DNA of 62,146 nucleotides, counting the filler. It is 4 parts of 4 records of this genome, joined end to end, with 100 filler letters (N's around TTAATTAATTAA, not from the genome) between each part and the next. Parts side by side here need not be neighbours in the genome. Positions count along the whole stretch, not along the records: positions 1 to 25,151 come from SRR31156797_3099; 3 more parts are not named here. One strand, written 5' to 3'. Within the stretch, counting starts at the first letter, position 1. Each line of letters begins with the position of its first letter. The notes below the pieces were generated by a model. That model did not search any database, was not told the origin of the DNA, and was given only the letters and a program-made list of their open reading frames with translations. Position numbers and translations under genes: made by a program. Positions 1-11,392 of this stretch are shown one piece after another.

Positions 1-1
1 A

Positions 2-481
<480 letters not shown>

Positions 482-534
482 GCGACTGATTTAGAACTAT
501 CTAAACAAGCTTTAAAACAATTTGGAGACAGATT

Positions 535-2004
535 ATGTCGATGAATAAAGAACAAAAGCAGGCGCTGATAGACGAGGTATTGGAAGTCTATCCTGAGAAA
601 GCGCGTGAAGACCGTAAGAAACACGTTGCGGTTAGTGATTCTAAATCAGAAGGGTCTTGTATCACGTCTAACCGTAAAACTGTTCCTGGTGTCATGACTG
701 TGCGTGGCTGTGCTTACGCAGGTTCGAAAGGGGTAGTTTGGGGACCAGTAAAAGATATGATTCATATCTCTCACGGTCCAGTAGGTTGTGGTCAATATTC
801 TCGTGCTGGCCGTCGTAACTACTACTCAGGTACAACCGGTGTTGATTCATTTGGTACGTTGAATGTGACAACTGACTTCCAGGAACGTGACATCGTTTTT
901 GGTGGCGATAAAAAACTTTCATCAGCGATTGATGAGCTAGAACAATTGTTCCCGCTATCAAAAGGTATCTCTATTCAGTCTGAGTGTCCGGTTGGTCTGA
1001 TTGGCGACGACATTGAAGCCGTAGCGAAAATCAAAGGCGCAGAAATCGGTAAAACTATCGTGCCTGTACGTTGTGAAGGTTTCCGTGGTGTATCTCAGTC
1101 TCTGGGTCACCATATCGCGAACGATACGATTCGTGACTACGTATTGGATGCGACTGAAGGTGAAGAGAAAATCGAATCGACACCTTACGACGTAGCCATT
1201 ATTGGTGACTACAACATCGGTGGTGATGCATGGTCTTCTCGTATCATTCTTGAAGATATGGGGCTACGTGTTGTTGCTCAATGGTCTGGTGACGGTACGT
1301 TACCTGAAATGAAAAACACACCAAAAGTAGCGTTGAACTTGGTTCACTGTTACCGCTCAATGAACTATATCGTTCGTTACATGGAAGAGAAAAATGGGAT
1401 TCCATGGGTAGAGTACAACCTGTTTGGTCCAACCAAGATCGAAGAGTCAATGCGCAAGATTGCAGCATTCTTCGATGAGAAGATTCAAAAGCAAACTGAA
1501 GAAGTTATCGCACGCTACCGTGAACAATGGCAAGCGGTTATCGACAAGTATCGTCCTCGCCTAGAAGGCAAGTCAGTGATGCTTTATGTCGGTGGTCTGC
1601 GTCCTCGTCACATTATCGGTGCGTATGAAGACTTGGGTATGGAAATCACAGGTGCGGGTTATGAGTTCGCTCACAACGATGACTACGTGAAAACAACCCC
1701 TGAAGTTAAAGATTCGACACTTCTTTTCGATGATGCAAGTGCATACGAACTGGAAGAATTCGTTAAAGCTCTTAAACCAGACCTTATCGGTTCAGGTGTG
1801 AAAGAGAAATACGTATTCCAGAAAATGGGCTTCCCATTCCGTCAAATGCACAGCTGGGATTACTCAGGCCCTTACCACGGTGTCGATGGCTTCGCTATTT
1901 TCGCTCGTGATATGGATCTGACAATCAACAACCCTTGCTGGAACAAGATGAAAGCACCTTGGTTGGAAGAAGCATCAGACGAAGCGCTAGCAAAAACTGC
2001 TTAA
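535..2004 (+). CDS. nifD: Mo-Fe nitrogenase alpha chain
   Basis: RGCAYAG, HGPVGC and SECP P-cluster Cys motifs; FeMo-co ligands in HCYRS and MHSWDY. Confidence 0.98.
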   Translation: MSMNKEQKQALIDEVLEVYPEKAREDRKKHVAVSDSKSEGSCITSNRKTVPGVMTVRGCAYAGSKGVVWGPVKDMIHISHGPVGCGQYSRAGRRNYYSGTTGVDSFGTLNVTTDFQERDIVFGGDKKLSSAIDELEQLFPLSKGISIQSECPVGLIGDDIEAVAKIKGAEIGKTIVPVRCEGFRGVSQSLGHHIANDTIRDYVLDATEGEEKIESTPYDVAIIGDYNIGGDAWSSRIILEDMGLRVVAQWSGDGTLPEMKNTPKVALNLVHCYRSMNYIVRYMEEKNGIPWVEYNLFGPTKIEESMRKIAAFFDEKIQKQTEEVIARYREQWQAVIDKYRPRLEGKSVMLYVGGLRPRHIIGAYEDLGMEITGAGYEFAHNDDYVKTTPEVKDSTLLFDDASAYELEEFVKALKPDLIGSGVKEKYVFQKMGFPFRQMHSWDYSGPYHGVDGFAIFARDMDLTINNPCWNKMKAPWLEEASDEALAKTA

Positions 2005-2081
2005 TGTGAGTTGGAAAGGATTTCCAATTAATGTAACCCGAGCCGGAGTTCACAGATTAGTGGCACGGTAGGAGAATACTC

Positions 2082-3647
2082 ATGACTCAAAAAGTTGAAG
2101 ATATCAAAACTGGTTATGCTCTCTTTCAGCAACCAGAATATCAAGAGATGATGGCGAATAAGCGCGCATCTTTTGAACAAGGCGTTGATGCTGAGAAGGT
2201 TCGTGAAACCTTTGAATGGACAACAACGAAAGAATACCAAGAGATTAACTTTGCTCGTAAACACATTACGATTGACCCAGCAAAAGCATGTCAGCCACTT
2301 GGTGCGGTATTGTGTTCTCTAGGTTTTGAGAAAACACTGCCTTACGTACACGGCTCTCAAGGTTGTGTTGCATACTTCCGAACTTATTTTAACCGTCACT
2401 TCAAAGAGCCAGTTGCTTGTGTTTCTGACTCAATGACAGAAGATGCAGCGGTATTCGGTGGTCAGGAAAACATGTTCCAGGGTTTAGAAAACGCGTTCGC
2501 GTTGTACAAACCGGAAGTGGTTGCTGTTTCTACCACCTGTATGGCCGAAGTAATCGGGGATGACTTGAATGCGTTCATTAATAACGCAAAACAAAAAGGT
2601 CATATTCCGGCTGAACTGCCAACACCGTTTGCGCATACTCCATCATTTGTGGGTAGCCATGTGACTGGTTGGGACGGTATGTTCGAAGGCATGATGAAAT
2701 ACTTTACTGATGCAGAAAGTATTAGTGTTGGCAGCAACGGCAAAATCAACATTGTTCCTGGATTTGAAACTTATCTTGGTAACTATCGCGTCATTCATCG
2801 TATGTTGAAAGAAATGGACGTTGATTACTCTTTCCTATGTGATCCATCTGAAGTATTGGATACCCCTGCCGACGGTGAATACCGTATGTACTCAGGCGGT
2901 ACTTCAATTGAAGAAATGAAAGATGCACCGAATGCTAAAACAACTTTCTTACTTCAGCCTAATCAACTAGTGAAATCTAAGAAATACATCGAAGGCGTTT
3001 GGAAACACGAAGTGCCGAAAACCACTATCCCTATGGGCTTAGAGTGGACCGATGATTTCTTGATGAAAGTATCTGAAGTGACTGGCAAGCCAATCCCTGC
3101 GTCGCTAACTAAAGAGCGTGGTCGTCTGGTTGATATGATGACTGACTCGCACACTTGGTTGCACGGCGTAACGATTTCGCTATACGGTGACCCGGATTAC
3201 CTATTGGGTATGTGTAAGTTCCTAACCGAGCTTGGTTGTGAAATTAAGCATGTTCTTTGTAACAACGGTTCGAAGAAGTGGAAAAAAGAAATTGAAGCAC
3301 AACTTGCAGAAACACCATACGGTGCGGGTGCAGAAGTGTTCTTCAAACAAGATTTGTGGCACCTGCGTTCATTGATGTTTACTGACAAACCGGATTTATT
3401 GATTGGTAACTCTTACGGTAAATTTATCGAGCGTGATACCAAAGCAAAAGGTCCTGAGTTTGAGGTACCACTTGTTCGCATTGGTTTCCCAATCTTCGAC
3501 CGCCATCACCTACATCGCCAATCAACGCTTGGTTATGAAGGCGCAATGTATGTTCTGACTACTTTAGTTAACGAAGTACTTGCGAAGCTGGATCGTGCAA
3601 CTAACGATTTAGGCAAAACTGACCTTGGTTTTGACCTGGTACGTTAA
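2082..3647 (+). CDS. nifK: Mo-Fe nitrogenase beta chain
   Basis: KACQPLG, HGSQGC and TTCMAE motifs; C-terminal FDLVR. Confidence 0.98.
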   Translation: MTQKVEDIKTGYALFQQPEYQEMMANKRASFEQGVDAEKVRETFEWTTTKEYQEINFARKHITIDPAKACQPLGAVLCSLGFEKTLPYVHGSQGCVAYFRTYFNRHFKEPVACVSDSMTEDAAVFGGQENMFQGLENAFALYKPEVVAVSTTCMAEVIGDDLNAFINNAKQKGHIPAELPTPFAHTPSFVGSHVTGWDGMFEGMMKYFTDAESISVGSNGKINIVPGFETYLGNYRVIHRMLKEMDVDYSFLCDPSEVLDTPADGEYRMYSGGTSIEEMKDAPNAKTTFLLQPNQLVKSKKYIEGVWKHEVPKTTIPMGLEWTDDFLMKVSEVTGKPIPASLTKERGRLVDMMTDSHTWLHGVTISLYGDPDYLLGMCKFLTELGCEIKHVLCNNGSKKWKKEIEAQLAETPYGAGAEVFFKQDLWHLRSLMFTDKPDLLIGNSYGKFIERDTKAKGPEFEVPLVRIGFPIFDRHHLHRQSTLGYEGAMYVLTTLVNEVLAKLDRATNDLGKTDLGFDLVR

Positions 3648-3654
3648 TTTAAAT

Positions 3655-3684
3655 GACCGACGGCGAACCCCGTCGGTCTTTTTT
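3655..3684 (+). terminator. Intrinsic terminator/attenuator hairpin between nifK and nifT
   Basis: GACCGACGG-cgaacc-CCGTCGGTC followed by TTTTTT. Confidence 0.8.
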
Positions 3685-3707
3685 CAGCCGAATACGAGGG
3701 AACTGTT

Positions 3708-3929
3708 ATGGCTAATGTAATGATTCAGTACAACGAAAATAATGAACTGTCGCTCTATTTACCGAAAAAAGACTTAGAAGAGGTAATTACCTTTTTTGAG
3801 TTTGATACCGAGGATAAATGGGGTGGGGAAGTGCGTCTGGCAAACGGTGCGATTTACCACATTGACCCAATGTCATCCAAGCCCAGATTACCGATCACGG
3901 TTAAGGCAAGAAGGCTACAAGCCGCGTAA
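3708..3929 (+). CDS. nifT: NifT/FixU protein
   Basis: 73 aa with MANVMI...YLPKKDLEE...WGGEVRLANG...LPITV pattern; follows nifK. Confidence 0.92.
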   Translation: MANVMIQYNENNELSLYLPKKDLEEVITFFEFDTEDKWGGEVRLANGAIYHIDPMSSKPRLPITVKARRLQAA

Positions 3930-3944
3930 GTTAAGGGGAATAAA

Positions 3945-4640
3945 ATGATGGACAATACTATTTCTGATCAAGCAGCTCTACGAGTTGCTTTGGCGTCTAA
4001 ATCGTTGCCAAACATCGACTTACGTTCATTACTTGATCTATTGATTCAACATCTGGGTGAGCCGCTTACTGAAACTAAATTAGTGGGTTTATCACCAAAG
4101 GCGTTTCGTTTGATGGTGAGCTCTTTAGGTTCAGGGCCAACACGTAGAGAAGTTTCCAGTGCTCTGGATGTATTGTGTAATCCAGAAGTGAGTGATGCCT
4201 CTGCGCCGGAGGTCACCGCTGACCAACCGATCTTTGGGCCAAAACTGAAAGTTGCGTTAACGTCTAATCAGGGCGAGATGGTGAATGGTCACTATGGCTC
4301 ATGTTTACGTGTGCTGATTTATGAGGTCAATGAGTTTGAGCATCAATTAGTGGAAGTGCGTGAAATGCCAACCGAGAAAAAAGGCGAAGAGCGTGCAATA
4401 GCGATGCTGGATAGAATTCGTGATTGCCACATGCTGTTTACTCTTTCGATTGGTGGCCCGGCAGCAGCACGCGTGACCCGCGCCAATATCCACCCCATCA
4501 AAAAGATGACACCGATGTCAGCAGAAGAAGTGCTTAGCGATTTATCCAACGTAATTGCTACCAATCCACCACCATGGATTAAACGCATTTTAGGTATCGC
4601 CACTTCCGAGAAAATATTAGAGGAAGAGAGTTATGAGTGA
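3945..4640 (+). CDS. nifY: NifY/NafY family FeMo-co insertion protein
   Basis: N-terminal ALRVALA domain plus NifX-like domain (NGHYGSC, SIGGPAAARV, PPPW); position after nifT. Confidence 0.85.
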   Translation: MMDNTISDQAALRVALASKSLPNIDLRSLLDLLIQHLGEPLTETKLVGLSPKAFRLMVSSLGSGPTRREVSSALDVLCNPEVSDASAPEVTADQPIFGPKLKVALTSNQGEMVNGHYGSCLRVLIYEVNEFEHQLVEVREMPTEKKGEERAIAMLDRIRDCHMLFTLSIGGPAAARVTRANIHPIKKMTPMSAEEVLSDLSNVIATNPPPWIKRILGIATSEKILEEESYE

Positions 4641-4953
4641 ATCTGCTATTGCTGAACGTGAGAATGCCAGCCTGCAACTGGGTGGTTTGTCAGAAGCTGT
4701 GTTGTCTGAGATTGTCGCTCAGCTTGAAAGTCAGTCCGAAATCGTTCAGGACTCATTCGCTGAACTGCAACACTGCTATCCAAACTTGAGATTTACGCTG
4801 TGCTACGAGCAGGAGATGGGGTCAAGTGATGCTTATATCGAAGCCAATGGCTTCGACGTTCATCTGGTCTCGCATAGTTTGTCTGGTTGCAGTTCTTTAA
4901 CGGATAATCTCGCTCAAAGCTCTGGTCTTGTTATTGCGCTTCACGATGAGTGA
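4633..4953 (+). CDS. Conserved nif-associated small protein (ORF after nifY as in Azotobacter-type clusters)
   Basis: Overlaps the nifY stop; 106 aa with FTLC...GCSSLTDNL...SGLVIA motif. Confidence 0.65.
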   Translation: MSESAIAERENASLQLGGLSEAVLSEIVAQLESQSEIVQDSFAELQHCYPNLRFTLCYEQEMGSSDAYIEANGFDVHLVSHSLSGCSSLTDNLAQSSGLVIALHDE

Positions 4954-4956
4954 TTT

Positions 4957-5072
4957 TAACTGTTGGCGTATCGGTATCGAACACAAACACGCATTAACCC
5001 ATCCATGGGGCTTCAATGTGCCATCCTTGGCACATAGAGTTTGTTTATCAATACCGACTCGCTAACGGGTTA
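4957..5072 (-). ncRNA. TwoAYGGAY-like structured RNA (two GGA-loop hairpins inside a long outer stem)
   Basis: 4957-4988 pairs imperfectly with 5039-5072; internal minus-strand hairpins atgtgcCAAGGATGgcacat (5016-5035) and ccCATGGATGgg (4998-5009). Confidence 0.65.
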
Positions 5073-5124
5073 CTATTTACGACTTCCCCTTCTTGTAACC
5101 TTTGTCGCATCCCCATTCTGGCTT

Positions 5125-5140
5125 TGTCTGTTTTACGACA
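5125..5140 (+). promoter_or_regulatory. NifA upstream activator sequence for nifE
   Basis: TGT-CTGTTTTACG-ACA (TGT-N10-ACA), about 50 bp upstream of the -24/-12 promoter. Confidence 0.75.
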
Positions 5141-5190
5141 ATTGCAACCCGCATAAATTAAATATTCCATACTTTTCAGTCGGTTATTTT

Positions 5191-5206
5191 TGGCTCTCTA
5201 TTTGCA
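5191..5206 (+). promoter_or_regulatory. Sigma54 (-24/-12) promoter of nifENX
   Basis: TGGCTCTCTATTTGCA, exact GG-N10-GC spacing. Confidence 0.8.
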
Positions 5207-5277
5207 ATTTCATCGGTGTAAGTCTGTTTATTACGACATTCAATGGATGGAATGCGTTAACGCTTGTGGGAGGCACC

Positions 5278-6690
5278 ATGAAACAGTCAGAAATAAAATT
5301 ATTACAAGATGAGCCTGCTTGTGAGCACAACAAAGGCAGTAAGAGTGGTTGTGCGAAGACAAAGCCGGGTGCGACAGCAGGTGGCTGTACCTTTGATGGT
5401 GCGCAGATCAGTTTATTACCGATTGCCGATGTGGGGCATATCGTTCACGGCCCGATTGGTTGTGCAGGCAACAGCTGGAATAACCGAGGTACTCGTGCAA
5501 CAGGAACGAATCTATTTCGCTATGGCTTTACCACCGATCTCAACGAACAAGATGTCATTATGGGACGTGCGGAAAAACGTCTGCTACATGCGATAAAGCA
5601 GCTGATTGAAAAACACGCGCCACCAGCAGTTTTTGTTTATATGACTTGTGTTCCAGCGCTGGAAGGTAACGATATCGAAGCCATTTGTCAGTTAGCAAAA
5701 GAGCGCTGGAATATTCCTGTTATTCCTGTCGATGCCGCTGGCTTTTATGGTAATAAAAACCTCGGTAACCGCATCGCTGGTAACGTGATGTTTGAGCGAG
5801 TCATCGGTAGTGCAGAGCCTCCTGAAAAACCATTGATGAAGCATGATCCTTCTCGTCGGGTTCACGACATTGTCTTGATTGGCGAATACAACATCGCCGG
5901 GGAGTTCTGGCATGTATCACCACTGTTTGAAGAGCTAGGTTTACGTGTTTTATGTTGCTTGGCTGGTGATACCCAATTTCATCAAATTCAAACCATGCAT
6001 CGAGCTGACGCAGCAATGGTGGTGTGTGCCAGAGCTCAGGTTAACGTGGCGCGTAAACTGGAAGAGAAGTGGGACATCCCATGGTTTGAAGGCAGTTTTT
6101 ACGGAATACAGGACACCTCAGCGGCACTGCGTTCATTTGCAGGTTTGATTAAAGATGACCGATTAGCGCAAGAAGCCGAAGCTTTGATTGCTCGTGAAGA
6201 AGCTGCAACCCGCGAAGCATTAAAGCCTTATATAGAACGTCTGCAAGGTAAAAAAGCGCTGCTTTATACCGGTGGTGTGAAATCCTGGTCAGTGGTGAGT
6301 GCATTGCAAGAATTGGGTATCGAGTGTGTCGCGACGGGTACCCGTAAATCAACCCAGTCGGATAAAAAACGCATTATGGACATCATGGGTGAAGAAGCCT
6401 TAATGCTTGATGAAGGTGGCGCGACGTTGTTGCTCGATACCTATCACCGTTATAACGCTGACATCATGATTGCTGGTGGCCGAAACATGTACACCGCATT
6501 AAAAGCGCGCCTGCCTTTCCTCGACATCAATCAGGAACGCGAGCACGCATATGCCGGTTACAAAGGCATGCTGACATTGGCTCAAGAGCTTTGTCGCAGT
6601 CTGGAAACACCTATCTGGAACAGCGTCCGCAGCGAAGCACCATGGTCGCAACAAAACACATCCACTCAAGCACTGATGAATATTAAGTAA
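5278..6690 (+). CDS. nifE: FeMo-co scaffold subunit NifE
   Basis: Start moved to ATG 5278 after a [28 protein letters not shown] and YTGGVKSWS motifs. Confidence 0.96.
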   Translation: MKQSEIKLLQDEPACEHNKGSKSGCAKTKPGATAGGCTFDGAQISLLPIADVGHIVHGPIGCAGNSWNNRGTRATGTNLFRYGFTTDLNEQDVIMGRAEKRLLHAIKQLIEKHAPPAVFVYMTCVPALEGNDIEAICQLAKERWNIPVIPVDAAGFYGNKNLGNRIAGNVMFERVIGSAEPPEKPLMKHDPSRRVHDIVLIGEYNIAGEFWHVSPLFEELGLRVLCCLAGDTQFHQIQTMHRADAAMVVCARAQVNVARKLEEKWDIPWFEGSFYGIQDTSAALRSFAGLIKDDRLAQEAEALIAREEAATREALKPYIERLQGKKALLYTGGVKSWSVVSALQELGIECVATGTRKSTQSDKKRIMDIMGEEALMLDEGGATLLLDTYHRYNADIMIAGGRNMYTALKARLPFLDINQEREHAYAGYKGMLTLAQELCRSLETPIWNSVRSEAPWSQQNTSTQALMNIK

Positions 6691-6700
6691 GGAGAACGAC

Positions 6701-8083
6701 ATGGTTACGGTAACGAAACAGAATTCTCCTTTGGTTTCTCAACCATTGAAAACCAGCCCGGCAACGGGAGCGACATTAGCTTCGCTCGGTTTTCATGGTT
6801 CGATTCCGCTCATGCATGGATCTCAAGGATGCAGCGCTTTTGCCAAAGTGTACTTAATTCAGCATTTACGTGAGCCTATCCCGCTGCAAAACACCGCGAT
6901 TGATCAGGTGTCAGCCGTAATGGGGGGTGATGAGAACTTAACCCAAGCGTTAGCGCTGCTTTGTGAAAAACAATCGCCAGAACTAATCGCTGTGATGACT
7001 ACTGGCCTGACGGAGATGCAGGGTACCGATATCTTCCGTGTGATTGCAGATTTTAAACGTGCTAATCCGCAGTTTGCGTCAACGCGAATTGTCTCCATGA
7101 CGACACCGGATTTTGTCGGTTCAATGCAATCCGGCTATTGCGAAGCGGTACGCAGTGTTGTGAAACAGCTGGTACAGCCACCAACAAATTTACCTCGTCA
7201 GCGCAAGCAAGTGAATGTGCTGACGTCATTAGGTATGACGTCTGCGGATATTGAAACCATTAAACAATATATTGAAGCATTCGATTTAGATGCGGTGGTG
7301 GTGCCTGATTTATCTCTGTCTTTAGACGGACATTTGAGTGAAGCGGAATACAGTGCCACTAGTACTGGCGGAACGTCGGTACTGGAAGTTGAGCTAATGT
7401 CTGATAGTGCAATGACCTTGGTACTCGGTGATGGTTTAACTGACTTAGCAAAATGGCTCAATCAGCGTTTTGATATTCCATTCCAAACTTTTGGTATGGG
7501 AATGACCATGGATGAAGTCGATGATCTCATCATGACGCTTTCCCAACTGGCCAAAAAAGATGTTCCTGCATGGATGACAAGAGCCCGTCAAAGAGTACAG
7601 GATGCGATGTTAGATACCCATTTTCTGCTCAGTCGAGAGCAATACACCATTGCTTTGGAACCAGATTTAGCCAAAGGTTATGCAGCATTGCTCACTTCTG
7701 TGGGAGGGCAAATTGCGCAGCTCATTACCACCACGGATGCACCGAAACTCAATGAAGTAGCGGCCAATGAAGTGATTGTTGGTGACCTCTCTTCTATCGA
7801 CTTAGATAACACTGATTTAAAAATCGTGATTAGTAATACTCATGCTGCACATATCTGTGAACCTTCGGTTCCAGTGCTACGAGCCGGTTACCCTTGTCAC
7901 GATCAGTTCGGCAATATGGATATTCGTCAGTTTGGCTATGAGGGTATTCGTGAACGTCTGTTTGGGATGGCGAATCTGCTGCTTAAAAATCACAAAGATG
8001 AAGTGCCAGTCCATGTTAGTGCATATCGTTTTGAAGCTAGCGATGTCATCCAGAATTTCTTGGCTGTGAAGGGGGGTCAATGA
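6701..8083 (+). CDS. nifN: FeMo-co scaffold subunit NifN
   Basis: PLKTSPATGA, HGSQGCSAF and TTGLTEMQG motifs; follows nifE. Confidence 0.95.
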   Translation: MVTVTKQNSPLVSQPLKTSPATGATLASLGFHGSIPLMHGSQGCSAFAKVYLIQHLREPIPLQNTAIDQVSAVMGGDENLTQALALLCEKQSPELIAVMTTGLTEMQGTDIFRVIADFKRANPQFASTRIVSMTTPDFVGSMQSGYCEAVRSVVKQLVQPPTNLPRQRKQVNVLTSLGMTSADIETIKQYIEAFDLDAVVVPDLSLSLDGHLSEAEYSATSTGGTSVLEVELMSDSAMTLVLGDGLTDLAKWLNQRFDIPFQTFGMGMTMDEVDDLIMTLSQLAKKDVPAWMTRARQRVQDAMLDTHFLLSREQYTIALEPDLAKGYAALLTSVGGQIAQLITTTDAPKLNEVAANEVIVGDLSSIDLDNTDLKIVISNTHAAHICEPSVPVLRAGYPCHDQFGNMDIRQFGYEGIRERLFGMANLLLKNHKDEVPVHVSAYRFEASDVIQNFLAVKGGQ

Positions 8084-8562
8084 GTTTAAATAAGCGTAAA
8101 CTTCACATTGAACCCGCACCTGATGAACGTGATTTTAAAATCAAAGTCGCTTTCGCCACTCATGACCGACAAAGTGTTGACCAGCATTTTGGCAGTTGTT
8201 TAGGCATGTTGATTTATGGCATTGGTGAGGCTGAATGGCACTTGCTAGAAGCGATAGAGTATTCGGTTTCTGATCGGGTTCACGACAAACTACCGAGCCG
8301 GATTAATGACATTTCAGAGTGCGCAGCGATGTTTTGTAATGCGTGTGGTGCAGCGGCGATACGCCAGCTAATCGAGAACAACATTCAACCGATCAAAGTG
8401 CATGAAGGGTACGACATTCACCAATTGTTATCTGAATTGCAGCAAGAGTTGAAAGAGGGGCCATCAGGGTGGTTAGCTCGTGCTATGAAGCAGCGTAATG
8501 ACTTTGCTGCGCCAGAGAATAATCAACAGCGTCTGTCCCAGCTAATGGATGAAGACTGGTAA
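8080..8562 (+). CDS. nifX: NifX FeMo-co precursor carrier
   Basis: KVAFAT...VDQHFGS motif; ATGA overlap with nifN. Confidence 0.9.
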   Translation: MSLNKRKLHIEPAPDERDFKIKVAFATHDRQSVDQHFGSCLGMLIYGIGEAEWHLLEAIEYSVSDRVHDKLPSRINDISECAAMFCNACGAAAIRQLIENNIQPIKVHEGYDIHQLLSELQQELKEGPSGWLARAMKQRNDFAAPENNQQRLSQLMDEDW

Positions 8563-8628
8563 TAGCGTGAATATTAGTGACAGTCTGATATTCACATTGA
8601 GGATTGAGTTAAATTAAGGAAGAGAACT

Positions 8629-8919
8629 GTGAGCAATAGAATAGGCTATACCCAAGGCGGTACGGAATGGGAACCGCAATTTATTCAGGCTATCGACAAG
8701 CAAAATTGCATTGGTTGCGGGCGCTGCTACAAAGTGTGTTCGCGCGATGTCTTTGATCTGGTCGAGAATGAAGATATTGACGAAGATGACGACTATTATG
8801 ACGACGATGAAATGATGATGGTGATGACTCTGAAAAATGCTGCAGACTGCATCGGCTGTGAAGCCTGCTCAAAAGTCTGTCCGAAAAATTGTCAGAGTTT
8901 TGCGCCAGCAGCGGCCTAA
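8629..8919 (+). CDS. fdxB: nif-specific ferredoxin III, 2[4Fe-4S]
   Basis: [11 protein letters not shown] and [12 protein letters not shown] with an acidic linker; GTG start after AAGGA. Confidence 0.88.
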   Translation: MSNRIGYTQGGTEWEPQFIQAIDKQNCIGCGRCYKVCSRDVFDLVENEDIDEDDDYYDDDEMMMVMTLKNAADCIGCEACSKVCPKNCQSFAPAAA

Positions 8920-8933
8920 GCCATAAATGATTG

Positions 8934-8962
8934 AAAAAGGGATGAATTTTCATCCCTTTTTT
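8934..8962. terminator. Intrinsic terminator, possibly bidirectional, after nifENX-fdx
   Basis: AAAAAGGGATGAA-tt-TTCATCCCTTTTTT. Confidence 0.8.
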
Positions 8963-9014
8963 GTGTTTGTCGTATTTTTGTCTGCTTTTTTGTCACATAT
9001 TTGTTTGTCACATT

Positions 9015-9030
9015 TGTTCGAAAGCGAACA
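9015..9030 (+). promoter_or_regulatory. NifA upstream activator sequence for nifU
   Basis: TGT-TCGAAAGCGA-ACA, about 95 bp upstream of the -24 element. Confidence 0.75.
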
Positions 9031-9124
9031 ACAAATCCGACAAAATGTAGTTTTTGGCATATTCCATTATGTGATCTATCTCAAATTCCCTCAATAAATC
9101 AACTCTTTAGAAAACTATGCTCTA

Positions 9125-9140
9125 TGGAGTAGTAATTGCA
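9125..9140 (+). promoter_or_regulatory. Sigma54 (-24/-12) promoter of nifUSVWZM-modABC
   Basis: TGGAGTAGTAATTGCA, GG-N10-GC. Confidence 0.7.
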
Positions 9141-9231
9141 GCTTCATTTCGAAAATAGGTTTTAAAACAAACCTGGGTAACAACAAACAACGCATTGGAA
9201 GCGCGTGTGAGTTAATAACGAAGGAGCGGTT

Positions 9232-10146
9232 ATGTGGGATTATTCAGAGAAAGTTAAAGAACACTTCTTTAATCCAAGAAATGCCAAATTGGTTAATGAA
9301 TCAAATGCACGAGGCGACGTCGGCTCGCTAAGCTGCGGAGACGCTCTTAGTTTAACGCTGAAAGTCGATCCTGAGACAGAAATCATTCAAGACGCAGGTT
9401 TTCAAACGTTTGGTTGTGGTAGTGCAATCGCCTCTTCTTCTGCGTTAACAGAGATGATCATTGGCAAATCTATAGATGAAGCGTTAGCGATCACCAATAA
9501 AGATATTGCCGACTTTTTAGATGGCTTACCTCCAGAAAAAATGCACTGTTCAGTCATGGGTATGGAAGCGCTACATGCGGCAGTCGCTAATTACCGTGGT
9601 GAAGTGATTGAAGATGATCATGAAGAAGGTGAACTGATTTGTAAGTGTTTCGCGATTGATGATCTCATGATCAAACGTGTTGTGGCAGCAAACAATCTCA
9701 CTACGCTTGAAGAAGTCGTGAACTACACCAAAGCTGGGGGCGCTTGTACCTCATGTCACGAAAAAATCGAATGGGTACTGGAAGAATGTTTAGCGGAAAA
9801 CGCAAAAGCGAAAGCGCCTGAAAGCGTTGTTACTCCAGCGGCCAATCCCGTTGTTAAGCCAGTGGAAACCGAAGTGGCAGCTACTGACCCTGATGTTATC
9901 GCATTGATTGAAAAGATTATCGAAGAAGTAAGACCTGCGGTTCAGGCGGATGGTGGTGATATCGCTTTAGTCGACGTAGAAGAAAGCGTTGTGTTCGTTT
10001 CTCTGACCGGAGCCTGTACAGGTTGTGGACTGTCTGGCCTGACTCTGGCGAATGTCGAGAACAAGATCAACAAAGCTTTGGGCGAGTCTTACACTGTTTT
10101 CCCGGTTCAGGAAACCGTAAAGAAAGAGGGAACTTATGATGTCTAA
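9232..10146 (+). CDS. nifU: Fe-S scaffold NifU (three domains)
   Basis: [30 protein letters not shown]; central CKCF...CTSC; C-terminal GACTGC. Confidence 0.97.
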   Translation: MWDYSEKVKEHFFNPRNAKLVNESNARGDVGSLSCGDALSLTLKVDPETEIIQDAGFQTFGCGSAIASSSALTEMIIGKSIDEALAITNKDIADFLDGLPPEKMHCSVMGMEALHAAVANYRGEVIEDDHEEGELICKCFAIDDLMIKRVVAANNLTTLEEVVNYTKAGGACTSCHEKIEWVLEECLAENAKAKAPESVVTPAANPVVKPVETEVAATDPDVIALIEKIIEEVRPAVQADGGDIALVDVEESVVFVSLTGACTGCGLSGLTLANVENKINKALGESYTVFPVQETVKKEGTYDV

Positions 10147-11365
10147 TTCAATGAAAAACCAACCAATGATCTATTTGGATAACAACGCGACCACTCGTAT
10201 CGATCCGCGTGTATTGGATGTCATGATCCCTTATCTGGATGAATTTTATGGTAACCCTTCGTCGATCCACCGTTTAGGTGCGCGAGTCGGTCAGGCTCTG
10301 GCGATAGCTCGTGAACAGGTTCAGCAGTTAATTGGTGCTCAATATTCGAGTGAGGTTATTTTTACCTCTTGTGCGACAGAGGCAACCACCACGGCGATTT
10401 TGTCGGCTTTAGAAGCAAACCCAGACCGTCGTGAAATCGTGACGACTGTGGTTGAACACCCTGCAACACTTACCCTTTGCCAAAATCTGGAGCGTAAAGG
10501 CTACAAAGTGCATTGGATTGGAGTCGACAACAAAGGCAACCTCAATCTTGAGGAGTACGCTGCTGTGCTGAATGAAAACGTGGCGATCGTCTCTGCTATG
10601 TGGGCCAATAATGAGACTGGTACTTTATTCCCGGTTGAGACTATGGCTTTGATGGCAAAAGCCGTAGGCGCGCAAATGCATGTCGACGCGGTGCAAGTCG
10701 CCGGTAAACGTATGATCAATGTACGTGATTCGGAAATTGATATGTTGTCGATCTCTGGTCATAAATTCCATGCCCCTAAAGGTATAGGTGCCTTGTATTT
10801 ACGCCGTGGTACTCGTTTCCGCCCACTGCTACGTGGTGGTCATCAGGAACGTGGTCGTCGTGCTGGGACTGAAAATGCAGCATCAGCAATTGCTATGGGT
10901 AAAGCGGCTGAATTAGCGTTTCAGGGGGTGGAAACAGAGTTGCATCGAATCAAGCTGCTAAGAGATAGATTAGAACAAGGACTTTTGGCACGTATCCCAA
11001 ATACATTTGTTACGGGTAATCCTCAAAAACGTGTACCAAACACCACCAATATCGCGGTTGAGTACATTGAAGGCGAAGCACTGTTACTGATGATGAATCA
11101 AGTCGGAATTGCGGCATCATCCGGTTCGGCATGTACTTCCGGTTCACTTGAGCCATCCCATGTTATGAAAGCGATGAATATTCCATTTACCGCAGCACAC
11201 GGAACACTGCGTTTTTCACTCTCTCGCTTTACCAAAGACGAAGACATTGATTATGTACTGGAGCAACTGCCGCCTATCGTTGAGCGTTTACGTCAAATGT
11301 CACCCTATTGGGACAACGCAACCAATCAAGGAAAGGTTGAAGACTTTGCTCCAACTTATGCTTAG
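10136..11365 (+). CDS. nifS: Cysteine desulfurase NifS
   Basis: [12 protein letters not shown] (PLP Lys) and SSGSACTS motifs; exact start among several nearby ATGs is uncertain. Confidence 0.97.
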   Translation: MMSNSMKNQPMIYLDNNATTRIDPRVLDVMIPYLDEFYGNPSSIHRLGARVGQALAIAREQVQQLIGAQYSSEVIFTSCATEATTTAILSALEANPDRREIVTTVVEHPATLTLCQNLERKGYKVHWIGVDNKGNLNLEEYAAVLNENVAIVSAMWANNETGTLFPVETMALMAKAVGAQMHVDAVQVAGKRMINVRDSEIDMLSISGHKFHAPKGIGALYLRRGTRFRPLLRGGHQERGRRAGTENAASAIAMGKAAELAFQGVETELHRIKLLRDRLEQGLLARIPNTFVTGNPQKRVPNTTNIAVEYIEGEALLLMMNQVGIAASSGSACTSGSLEPSHVMKAMNIPFTAAHGTLRFSLSRFTKDEDIDYVLEQLPPIVERLRQMSPYWDNATNQGKVEDFAPTYA

Positions 11366-11392
11366 CAAGGGATTGTGAAGGAGTAGGGCAGT

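Noticed and set aside
2061-2076. TGGCAC before nifK as a sigma54 promoter
   Set aside because: No GC at the -12 position; the downstream bases are the RBS.
5041-5277. 79-aa N-terminal extension of NifE in the ORF track
   Set aside because: It spans the NifA site and sigma54 promoter; the RBS and homology start at ATG 5278.
8778-8823. GAY/ATG triplet run in the ferredoxin gene
   Set aside because: It encodes the normal acidic linker of nif ferredoxin III and is not a separate repeat element.
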